Shown: positions 51,783 through 63,082 of the stretch, one piece after another
Layout of the letters: every line of letters starts with the position of its first letter
Position numbering within the stretch: position 1 is the stretch's first letter
Source of the DNA: Felis catus
Taxonomy: Eukaryota
NCBI RefSeq assembly: GCF_018350175.1
Contig: NC_058383.1
Coordinates: 26,476,001-26,540,000, forward strand
DNA length: 64,000 nt
Direction of reading: 5' to 3'
Notes under the pieces: generated by a model
The model's input: the letters and a program-made list of their open reading frames with translations, nothing else
The model's database searches: none
What the model was told of the DNA's origin: nothing
Position numbers and translations under genes: made by a program

Positions 51783-53061
51783 TTAGGTAACCATTTTTAA
51801 TTACACAGGTAGTATGTAAAAACTGACTTCTTGCAACATAAAATAGGCTAAGACTCTCTGTGTAAATGTGAAGACCCTTTTGACTATCGTCCCCAAAGGT
51901 AATTCCCCTGTAACCTGTTTGATGTGCATCTTGTTCGGCTTTTCTCTATGCATCTGCACCACAGCATGTGTCAGATGCTTTCGTGAAATCTTTCCGGGGG
52001 GACTGTGGGCAGGGGAAAGTGCTCAGGTGTGTAACCCTCTCCCTACCAGCCAGGTTTTTCTGGTGGGGAAGGTGGGCAAATGTTACACAGTGAGAGGATT
52101 TGAAAGCACAGTTCACATTGCAGGGGACAGGCATTGCGGGGGGGGGGCGGAAGGGGATTCCCTTTTCTCCCTCTACTTAGTTTAGTTTTTTACACCGGGA
52201 AGAGATGGTCAAGGTGAAAGGACTCCATGGGCACATTTCCGGAGGGGGCTGGGTAGGGGACTATCCACCCGCTCTTTATTTTTACTTTTTACCGAATAGG
52301 GTGGGGAAAGTGAGCCCACGTGAGCCTAAGGGCACGCCCGCCAGTGTGTGCGTGTGCGCGCGCGGAGACACCCCGGGTCCTTGATTGGATGTCTGTTTAC
52401 ACCTGACTGCCCAGCCCTCGGGGGGTCTAATGCTTTCTGGAGAGTGTTTGGGAGGGTGTGTGTTTGAGGGTGGTGGCGGAGATTCCCCTCTCCCATGATC
52501 CCCCGCGGCGGGGCCGGGACCTTGGCACGGTCCGCAGGGAGTGGAAGCTAGTCCGGAGCGCGGGAGGGCGATCCGCTCGCCGCGCCCGCCCGGCTCCGCC
52601 CCCTGTAGCCGGCCCCGCCCCTCTCCCCTGGCCTGGCGGGCGCCGACACCGCCCCTCGCTCCCAGCATGCCGTGCGGCAGCGGCGGCGCGGCGGGCGGAG
52701 CCGGGAGGCGGGGAAGCCGTGGCTGTGTGAGCGTGAGCAGCCGCCGCCACCGCCTCCTCCTCGTCGTCCTCTTCCTCCTGGGTCCCGGCGTCGCGGGCCG
52801 CGCTCGGCCCTGGAAGAAACGTCGCCTCCCCTTCCTCCGCCTCCCCCTCGCGGCGTTGCTCCCGCCTCCTCGTCCTGCGCTGCGGGCTCAGGCGGAACCC
52901 GGAACGGCCGTCCGCCTCCCCCGCCCTCCGCCGCCTCCTCCTCCTCCTCCTCCTCCTTCTTCTTCTCTTCGGCTTCCTCCTCAACCCCAGGCGGGAGCGG
53001 AGTGTCGGCGGCGGTCGGTTCGGGCGGCGACTCGCGCTTCTTTGGGCGGCGGCGCTTGGCC

Positions 53062-53082
53062 ATGTCGTGTCGGGGAAGGTAA
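53062..53082 (+). other. uORF MSCRGR* with its stop codon overlapping the SMG1 start (TAATG)
   Basis: gccATG TCG TGT CGG GGA AGG TAA; TAA is 53080-53082 and the main ATG is 53082-53084. Confidence 0.85.
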
Positions 53083-53170
53083 TGAGCCGCAGAGCCCCGG
53101 GGTCTCGGCTGAGCAGCGGCGGCGGCGGCGGCACCAAGTACCCACGGAGCTGGAATGACTGGCAACCCAG
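53082..53170 (+). CDS. SMG1: SMG1 (nonsense-mediated decay PI3K-related kinase), coding part of exon 1; phase-2 donor CAG|GTGGGT at 53171
   Basis: Manual translation from ATG 53082 gives MSRRAPGSRLSSGGGGGTKYPRSWNDWQP+AG, which I recognise as the mammalian SMG1 N-terminus. It lies in a CpG island and ends at a GT donor. Confidence 0.95.
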
Positions 53171-53935
53171 GTGGGTGAGCCGGCGCCTAGCCCGCCGCCC
53201 CGACCCCGGGCCCCGCCTCGGGCGGGCCGAGGCCTAGGGCCATCCGGCTGGGAGGCGCGGCCTAGGCCCTCCACCCCCCCAGGAACCGAGCGCGGCTTCC
53301 TGGGTCCCCTCCCGCCCCTGCTCGGGGAGGAAGGCCTCTGGGAGGCGAGGCCTAAATGTCTCCCTGCCACCGCATTTCAGCCCCAGGGCTGGGGCTGAGA
53401 CCAGGGCGCCCAACGAAGGCACTGGCCTAGGAGTTGGGTCAAGGAGGGTGAAGAAAGGGGCATGGTGGTGGTGGGGGACTCTGGTTACCACCCACCAAGT
53501 TGGAATTGGAGTTGGGGAATCCTGGGAGTCCAGGACCCTCTGTGTTACCCACTCACTCCCTTGGTCCCTTACACTCTCAGCACCCACGTAAAAGAGCTTC
53601 TTAACTGTGATTCTCTTCTGTGAGCCCCCCACGTGTTAATATTTCAAAAAACAAAACCCCCAAACACTCCAAGGCCTTATTGTGACTTTAGGCAGGGCAG
53701 TTGTGGGGCGTGAAATGAGATTGTGACTGTGTTAATGAGGCTGACCCACCCCGGTCCTGGGAAATGAAGTTTTCCCCAAGTGCAGGGGCAGTTCCCCTGG
53801 TGGAGAGCAATTCATACTTGGACTGTTGAGCAGGCACTAAGAGGAGTAGAGAATTTTCTCTTGCATGGAGGGCATTTGATCTCAGACTGCTTTGGGGCCT
53901 TTTTGGAATTGAACATATTAGGAGCATCACCTCTT

Positions 53936-53938
<3 letters not shown>

Positions 53939-54007
<69 letters not shown>
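53939..54007. repeat. (AT)34 perfect microsatellite
   Basis: Read directly from sequence. Confidence 0.95.
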
Positions 54008-54010
<3 letters not shown>

Positions 54011-54805
54011 TTTTTGTGTCTTTCTGATTAATCATGGGGCACTTGTGCCTAATTTAGGTGTGAGTGCCTAAAAGAACTCCCTAAATGTATATAAGGTTTT
54101 AGGGTTAGTGGATTCATGGAGTTTTCATACTTTGAAGCGCACTTGAATTATGATTGTCCTGAAACTGGCGAAATACGTGTTAAGACACTTGGGATGACTT
54201 CCTTCCTCGTGGTTATATGTAACTTCAGTAGTGCTGGAAATAATAATTTGTTCAGATGTTAGAATGTAACATTTTAAGAGGATGGAAAAGTCTTTTGGAT
54301 GAGGGGTGGTACACCTCTTACTCTGTTTAATATATCTTCCCAAACCCTGTGTCTGTTGAGAACATTTGTGTGTAAGGTTAATGCCTGACTCTTGAATTGA
54401 GATGTTAAATAGTTTTAAAAAAATTGAAAAGTACAGCTTTACTTGTCCTTTACCACTTAGGGTTTGTGAGTGCTTTATGTACTATCAACTGACTAGTTTA
54501 AGTAAATTGATAGTAATTAAATTATCTGTAATTGGCATTCTTAGTTTTGTACTTTCATTGAAATGTGTGAAGTAGTTTTTGTTTTCGAATCTAGTAAATT
54601 AGATGATTAAATGAGCTTGAATTTGACATTTGACAGCCTTAGATGGTAGATTTCCCATTATTTTTCAGTATTGTGGTCAGCATATGTAAAGTATAAAAAA
54701 GCATCCCTTTAGAGGACTAAATAAAGTGCTCACGAATAGTCCTAGAGCTTTTGGAAAAGAATAACTTGTAACTTTTAATTCTAAATAAATGGAGAAGCAG
54801 AGTTG

Positions 54806-54819
54806 CAGCCCCCTGCTGG
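54806..54819 (-). promoter_or_regulatory. CTCF core-motif match in SMG1 intron 1
   Basis: Minus strand reads CCAGCAGGGGGCTG; motif match only. Confidence 0.45.
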
Positions 54820-56449
54820 GGTCAGTTGACTGCATTTGACAGATATGAGGCAGAGTGGGTTATATATTTATGGAATATGTATGTGGGTTATTAATATTGT
54901 CCATCTTCTTTTATGTGTTCTGTTTCATGGCTGTGGTGTGCTTGTTGGGGGGACGGTGGTAGCTTTCTGTGAAGCTAGGCTCTGTAACCAAGTCTCAGAA
55001 CTTTATGCCTAGGTAGAGGATACTGTGAGATGTAGTTGGTTACACAGAGTAACAGTTGGTTAGGATGTTGGAAATACCTAACTTTTTTTGTAGAAGAGGG
55101 AACAGAGAAGGACGGACAGTACCCCATAGCAGAACTTGATTTATCTGTGGGGTTGCCATAGTTGTTTTGTTAAAAAGTAAAGAACCTTGTTTGTCAATCA
55201 TAAATTTTCATAAGTTTGTGGTGGGTTATTCTGTCTCCTCTTCAGAAAGGTGACAGATTCCAGTTAACTGACAAATGGAACTTCATCTTCCTCTTTGTTT
55301 AAATGGAGATTTATTTTTCTAAACATTTTCAAATGTAGGCAGATTCCTTATGGTTCATGTGAATTATTTTGGTTTTTAAAAAAATTATTTGTCTTTCTAT
55401 ACCATTACTTGTCTGATTTTGTTTTTCTTAGATTTAGACTTTTGAACAAGTGGGATTTAAAACAATTCTTGGGGTGCCTGGGTGGCTCAGTCAGTTGAGC
55501 GTCTGACTTCGGTTCAGGTCAGGTTCAGGTCGTGATCTCGCGGTCGTGAGTTGGAACCCCGCGTGGGGCTCTGTGCTGACAGCTCAGAGCCTGGAGCCTG
55601 GAGCCTGCTTCAGATTCTGTGTCTCCCTCTCTTTCTCCCCTTCCTGTTCACGCTCTTGTCTGTTGTCTGTCTGTCTGTCTCTCTCAAAAATAAAGGGTAA
55701 AAAAAAAAATTAAAGCAATTCTTGTTGGTTTCTTTTCGTGTTAGTTTGTCAGTCTGGAAACCGACTGTTGAGTCAGTCATGGCCACACGTGATACTTCGC
55801 ACATACTGACAGGAAGTGTTCCAGGTGGCTGAATAGACTAGTGTCATATGGCAACAGAACAAGCCCATCTTTGCTAGAAGCATACCTTTAGCAGAAAGCA
55901 TTCATATAGCACTGGTTGATAGTCTTCCTCTTCATTCACTCTAGTGTCAATTAAGATTTATGAATGATTAGGCAAATGAGTAGTTTTATCATTGCCACTA
56001 GCCAAAGTATGTCCTTTTCTTGACTTTGTTTTGGAATATGATCTTCCAGTTGTACCAATCAAGATAGAGATCAGAATGACTTGTTTTAAAAATTAAATGT
56101 ATAATTATTATACACTTTAATACTCCAAAATGGCATGACTAATTTGACATTGGAGTCAAAGATCAGTTCAAACAAGAGGAAGCATTCAGGTAAAGAGAAA
56201 ACAAGATTTTGCTTCTGTACTTTGGAATCTTAGGACTTTATTTAACAGATTTACAATGGGTATCTTACAGTGCCCAAACTTGTCATCTTTCTACACTTCT
56301 CTAATGATGAAACTGTATCTTAAAAATAGCTTCCATTTTTGGTAGAATGTAGACAGATTAAAGTTCTCAAAAGTACAAATACCTTTATCCTCCATTGTCA
56401 CAGACCAAAAAATAGGAAGAGTGCTGTGAAGATAGAAAAGTCAGAAACT

Positions 56450-56672
56450 GGGGCGCCTGGGTGGCGCAGTTGGTTAAGCGTCCGACTTCAGCCAGGTCAC
56501 GATCTCACGGTCCGTGAGTTCGAGCCCCGCGTCAGGCTCTGGGCTGATGGCTCGGAGCCTGGAGCCTGTTTCCGATTCTGTGTCTCCCTCTCTCCCTGCC
56601 CCTCCCCTGTTCATGCTCTGTCTCTGTCCCAAAAATAAATAAACGTTGGGAAAAAAAAAATTAAAAAAAAAA
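56450..56672 (+). mobile_element. Young SINEC_Fc-type SINE (intronic, sense)
   Basis: TSD AGAAAAGTCAGAAACTGG. Confidence 0.9.
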
Positions 56673-58409
56673 AGAAAAGTCAGAAACTGGTATGTCTGGC
56701 ATTGTGAGAAGCTGGATTTTTGAAACCAGAGTTGTCTATTTATTGTTGTTGTTTTTAATGTTTATTTATTAAGAGGTGGCACAAGCAAGGGTCAGAGAGG
56801 GAAACAAGATCCAAAGCAGGTTCTGTGCTGATAGCACAGAGCCCCGTGTGGGGCTTGAGCTCATCAACCAGGAGATCATGAGTTGAAGTCTGATGCTCAA
56901 CTGACTGAGCCACCCAGGTGGTTCTGTCTGTTTAGCTTTTTATGAGTCTGTATACTATTTGATGTCCATAGGTACATGATATAGTGAAATACATAAAGGA
57001 AAAATTAAGTGGAGTTACGTATTTTATAACTAAAGATAGAGCTTTAGTTTAATAGAATGTAACGATTACCAATTCTGTACTGCAGATTTTCGAGTACGCT
57101 ATGGAGGTTTATCAGGTAACTGTGTATGGGTGTTTAATTTGTGGGGAGAGTTTGTTTTTTCCATTATAAAATAAACCATATGCTTTATGAAACATTGGCA
57201 GTTATGTCTTTAAATTGAACCTCTTTTACCTCTTCTGTTTTGGTTCCTTTCTAGTTGGGAGTATAACTGGAGCGCATGTTAGTAGCAGGAGATTATGTAA
57301 TATTCTAATTCAATGAAAATATTTGCTTTTAGGAAATATTGATCCTTTAGGGATTTTTATGACTGATAGAGCCACTATCTTTAAGGAGGTTATAGGTTAA
57401 TATGGGAGAAAAGACTTTGAAATGGTGAAGTATTATATGGTTATGAAGTGGTATATAATTTTTGATTTAATTATTTTTATGTGTAATTAATAGGGTTTAA
57501 AACCTGGAGAGTCAGGATGTAAAGCTATACAGATGAATAGGGGGCAGTGGGGCCGTGAAATTGATTTGTACTTTTTTGACAGTAATTGGGGAGGGGTCTC
57601 AAAAAAGAAAGTAAAATAAGCAAGTGGTCCTTGGTAAAATATTTCCAGTTTGATGAGAAGGATGGGGTACTTTTGAGTGATACAGATGAGATATAGCTCA
57701 AGAGCTATATTGGAGCTGTATGGTGGGCCTTGAATCCATACCTTACAGAGACTGCTAAGGACCTGAATATTTTGTTTATAAATCATTATTTAAATTCATA
57801 CAGAAGTATTCAGCCCAGTATGTGGGAATTTCCATAAGCAAAAGCCCCTCATGTGTTTTCTGGTGTTGATTATGATCACTACAGTGATACTTATCTACTC
57901 ACACTTCAGTTTAGGTTAGGACACTTAGATGGAATGTTCATACACAGAAAATGGAGTGTGGTCTGTGGTGTCTTGTGAACAGTTAATTCTCACAATCTTT
58001 TTTTTTTCTCCCCTGTATTCCTTACACTATTCCTTTTATTCTGGTGACTTAATGAGTAAGTCAGAACTGCAAACCTGTATCTCCTACTCTCTTTCACCCA
58101 TTTTGCCTATTCCCCCACCCTGCTCGCCTTTGGCAACCATCAATTTGTTACCTGTATTTATGGGTCTGTTTCTGCTTTTTGTTTGTTGGTTTATCTGAAT
58201 TCTCACAACTTTTAGATTTGAGATTTCTTGCCTTCACTGCCTGGCATATAGTAGACGCTTGCTTACTTGCCTTTCTTACTCTAATCACCTAAAATAAATC
58301 CCTGGGGTTCTTTTCAGTGGCCCTTGCTTTATGGATTCACACAAGTAGTCATTTGGTTGGTGTCTCTTCTTATTTTGGTTACCTGTCTTTGGCTTTTGAA
58401 AGTTTTTCA

Positions 58410-58635
58410 TTTTTTTTTTTTCATTTTTTTTTCAACATTTATTTATTTTTGGGACAGAGAGAGACAGAGCATGAACGGGGGAGGGGCAGAGAGAGAGGGA
58501 GACACAGAATCGGAAACAGGCTCCAGGCTCTGAGCCATCAGCCCAGAGCCCGACACGGGGCTCGAACTCACAGACCGCGAGATTGTGACCTGGCTGAAGT
58601 CCGACGCTTAACTGACTGCGCCACCCAGGCGCCCC
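58410..58635 (-). mobile_element. Young SINEC_Fc-type SINE (intronic, antisense)
   Basis: TSD TTGAAAGTTTTTCA. Confidence 0.9.
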
Positions 58636-60499
58636 CTTGAAAGTTTTTCAGAACCCATTTTATTTTGGGGGCTACAAAATAAAACATCCCCTTTTGTGTA
58701 GAGGCGGAACAGTAAAGATTACAGACATTTTTTGGTTTAATTTCCATGTGAAATACTCAAGCTTATTACATTTTATTTTATTTTTTTTAATGTAGAGTGT
58801 AACCTATTCTTATTGAGACGTTTGTATTTTTATAGTGTTAGTTTTCCTCCACTTGTATTAGTTGATTGTACTTTTTGAATACTTTTTTATACTGGACTGT
58901 TATTTTTTTAGATGAAATTTACTTATGTATAGATCTTATGTTCCATAAATTTTGACAAAATGTATATACCTGGGTAACCATGACCCCACTTAGGATACAG
59001 ATAAGCATTGACTTTTCAGATGGATTACACTCCTCCCCGCCCCTCAAAACAAAACACATACACACAAACAAAAAACACCACACTGGCAGAGTGTATGGGT
59101 AGATCTTGCCTTAAAATTTGCTGTAGAAAGGAAATCTTTGAATATTCTTAGGACTTATTACCAATTTATAGTTTCTGTGGATTGGTAATCTTGTCATGTT
59201 CTTTTCTGTTCTTTTTCTTTTGCTATACACATATTTTCTTGGGATATCTAAAGATCCTGTGTAAAAACAGGGGGAGGCTCCCTTGTTAACTTTTTTAGGC
59301 ATCTTAGGACACTTGAGAGCTCTTGGTTGAGTTTAGTCCTATCAGCTACAGGTTCATGGACTTTTCTCTACCATCTTGATACCTATTGTTGCTTTCTTTT
59401 TCATGCTTTTCCCCAGTCTAAACCTTGTACTTCCTTTAACCCCCCTGCCTGGCTACCTCTGCCCTCTGTGATCCCTCTTCTGTTACAACAGGTCTACAGT
59501 GAAAGCCAACTGCTTATCACTTCAGTGATTGATCTCTTAAGTCCTTGAGGGCTGAGCCTGTCTTTTTCTCCCCTTTCTGTGTCTTACTTGCCCTAAAGCA
59601 CTCCTGAAGTTCATTTCTGCCTTAGGGCCTTTGCATGTACTGTTCTTGCTGTGTAGCTACTGCATAGATTGCTCTTCTCAGAGTACGGTGACCTGGATGC
59701 CCTTCTGTTGTCCCAGCCTAAATGTCACCCCCTCACTGAGAAGCAGCTTTCTCTGACATTTCATCTGGGGTTTTCTTCATAGCACTTAACAACTATCTGA
59801 AAGTTTCATGTGTGTCTTCCTCCAAAAAACAGCCTTCATATGTGCATGCGTTTTGTATAATGGTTCGACCTCTGCGTCCCTTTTAATTTACCTGCTAGTT
59901 AATAGTATACACTCTAGAGGCACCTGGCTGGCTCAGTTGATAGAGCATGCAACTCTTGATCTCAGCATCGTGAGTTCAAGCCCTACGTTGAGTTTAGAGC
60001 TTATTTAAAAAAAAAAAAGTATACACTCTATATTTGAGTGTTCTTCCTCAAGTAAATACATGAAAATGAAATTCTGCAAGTTTGTTTTTGTGTTTAGTGT
60101 TAACTCTAGCTTACAACACAGAAGCTATGAGAGGCATTTTGAAGGGAACTGTTCCTGGTATAGCAGCCTGGTTAGCCTGAGGCAGCAGTAAATTAAGCTG
60201 ATTGAACGGGTTTAAAGAGACAGTGTTCTAGTAGACTGAGATGGCCAGATCTTTTACAGAAGGAAGAATATGTTCATTTAAGAAAGAATATGAATATCCA
60301 TCTTGAAAAAATACCTTGCTCACATATTTGAAGTTCTTTTACAGGGGCATCAGGGTGGCTCAGTCAGCTAAGTGTCTGATTTCGGCTCAAGGTTTGTGGG
60401 TTCAAGCCCGGTGTCAGGCTCTGTGCTGATGACTTCAGATTCTGCGTTTCCCTTTCTTTCTCTGCCCCCCCCCCCACCTTAGTGGTCGCGTGTGTGTGC

Positions 60500-60545
<46 letters not shown>

Positions 60546-62905
60546 GTCTCTCAAAAATAAACATTAAAAAATATTTTTAAAAAAGTTCTTTTACACCTTG
60601 ACATTTTATCCCGTATCTATTGTATCTATTTGGACATTATTTAAACAATCTGATCACTGAAAAGTTAAGCACTGGGTTGTGCCTTCTGTCATTCCAGTAG
60701 AATACCTGAGTCCTTGTGTGCCTGCTGATTGGGGAATGACTGAAATCAAAATTTTCCAGAATCAGGGGTACCTGGCTGGCTCAGTCAGTAGAGCATATGA
60801 CTCTTGATCTCGGGGTCCTGAGTTCGACCCCCCACTTTGGTATAGAGCTTATGTAAAAAAAAATTTTTTTCCCCCAGAATCAACAGATTTCCCAACATGG
60901 TAAATTACTTCTTTCATATTAATTTTCACACCCTTTCAAAGAAGGGAATTGTATTCTTGTTGGAAATCATTTTTTTGGAGCTTAATTTGCTATTCATATT
61001 ACATAGTATGTTTAGGATCTCATGTTTATTATTTAAAAACCTCTTAAAGGCTTTTTGTGTTCATTTAAAAGACGTTTTTTCAGAGAGGTTTCTGGTGTCA
61101 GAATTATTTTTTTTCTTTTTTGGTATGGAACTACCTCAGTTATTTTTTGTTTACAAGAAGCACTACTTTAAACACATTTTTTTAAATGTTTATTTTGAGA
61201 GAGGGAGAGAGCGTTTGGGAACGCAAGCAGGGGAGGGGCAGAGAGAGGGAAAGATAGAATCTCAAGCAGGCTGTGTGCTGTCGGTCAGCAGAGTTTGACT
61301 GGTCAGATGGAGCTTAACTGATGGAGCCACTCAGCGCCCCCCCCCCCCACTACATTTTTCCCTTATACATTATTTTAGCATCTTAAGGAACCTCAGGAGT
61401 GCTCTTATGGTTCACAAGAAATTGTTAATGGCTCTGCAGTGGCCTGCGATAATTATGTACTCATGTATTTGTCTGCAAGTTTTCAACAAATATTCTTTTG
61501 GGGCACCTGGGTGGCTCTGGTAAGTGTCCAACTCTTGATTGCGGCTTAGGTTGTAATATTGAAGTTGGTGAGTTCGAGGCCCTGTGTTGGGCTCTGTGCT
61601 GACAGTGCAGAACCTGCTTGGCATTCTCTGTCTCCCTTTTCCGCCCCTCCCCTGTGCAAGCACGTGCTTTCTCACTCTCTCTCAAAATAAACAAAAAAAA
61701 TTTTTTTTAATTAAAAAATGTTTAATTTAGTATTTATTAGATCTTTATTTTTGGTAGCATCCAAAATACTTAATACCTTTCCTGTTGAATAGGGAGAAGC
61801 CTCCACTAATACATATACTGACAAATATTCATTTTTTCCTCCATGTATAACAGCATTGGCACCATTTTTTTTTTTTACTGAAGCTCTTTGAATTTAATTT
61901 TTCCTTTTTATTTGACTTTGTTCATTGAAAATTTGTTTTTACTACCTTCTCTTTAGCGTTTTAATCTTCTATTTATTTATTTATTGAGAGTGAGAGACCA
62001 TGTGTGCCTGTGGGGGAGGGGCAAAGGGAGAGGGAGAGAGAATCCAGTGGGCTCAATGACCAGCTTGGAGCCCAAGCTCGATTTGGGAAACCTTGAGATC
62101 ATGACCTGAACCCACATCAAGAGTTGGATACTTAACTGACTGAGCCACCCAGTTGCCCCTAATCCTGATTTGAAAAGATGGGTGTGTTTATGTGTGTGTG
62201 TGTGTGTTTGAACAAATTTGAAATGTGATCTTGGCATATTTAGTTCTTTGAAGCAACCCATGAACAACTCTTGGTGTTCAGCCTCTTGAAGGTTTCCCTA
62301 GTTTATATTCCTGATAATATGACCGCTGGAATTCCTCATCTGAAGTGTAATGCTTTATTTTCAGACTCCTTGTTTTGATTGGACATTCAGATTCATTCAG
62401 ATTCATTGCCCTAATGACAAGATTCTATGCTGGCTTTCTGAGATTTGCCAGAATTCAGACGGAAAAACCTATTAATTTTAGGAAAGATGTCAAATTTTTG
62501 TCCTCTATAGAATGGGACTGTGATTAGGTTAGATTCTGATTAAAAAATCCCAAAGATGATAACCAGTATCACATTTGGTGCAGTTAAATTAATATATATA
62601 TTCAATTGAAAACATCCTGGATTTTCTGTCCTCAAAAGATCGCTTTTCTTGCCTGTCCTATTCTTTGGGTACACATGAAGAAAAATGAAAATGTAGCAGG
62701 TTTCCCAACAACAGGATTATGAAACTTGATCCAGTGTTTCTTCTTCAGTCAGGTTTAAAGGACCCTACCTGGGCATCCAGCTGCCTCAGTCGGTAGAGCA
62801 TGAGCCTCTTGATCTCAGGGTTGAGTTTGAGCCACACGTTAAGGGTAGAGTTTACTTTAAAAAAAAAAAGAAAAAAGGAATCTACCGTAAGATACACTTC
62901 GTATT

Positions 62906-63082
62906 GGGGCGCCTGGGTGGCTCAGTGGGTTGAGCATCCGACTTTGGCTCAGGTCATGATCTCACAGTTTGTGGGTTCAAGCAGGCTCTGTGCGGCGCTT
63001 GAACTCATGAACTGTGAGATCATGACCTGAGCTGAAATCAAGAGTCAGGAGGCTTTAACCTACTGAGCCACCCAGGTGTCCC
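62906..63082. repeat. Inverted repeat formed by two fused SINE heads
   Basis: Sense head 62906-62982, 14-nt spacer, antisense head 62997-63082. Confidence 0.9.

Larger units (their letters stand above)
52300..53410 (+). promoter_or_regulatory. SMG1: CpG-island, TATA-less promoter and GC-rich 5' leader of SMG1
   Basis: Sharp rise in GC and CpG content. GC boxes (CCGCCCC) at ~52595, ~52615 and ~52649; inverted CCAAT (GATTGG) 52383-52388; E-box CACGTG 52317-52322. The exact TSS cannot be read from sequence (probably ~52.7 kb). Confidence 0.9.

Noticed and set aside
1..52300. Exons of a neighbouring gene or divergent lncRNA (TMC7 lies upstream of SMG1 in human, from memory)
   Set aside because: I recognised no coding exon or second CpG island. 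A non-coding transcript cannot be supported or excluded from sequence alone.
52282..53632. Several long ORFs on both strands across the CpG island
   Set aside because: Stop-codon depletion at very high GC explains them; low-complexity products. Only 53082-53170 matches a known protein.
2637..63030. Recurrent peptides such as WVAQSVKRPTSAQVMISRFVSSSPASGSVLTAQSLEPASDSVSPSLSAPP, resembling a gene family
   Set aside because: These are translations of CAN-SINE copies, not genes.
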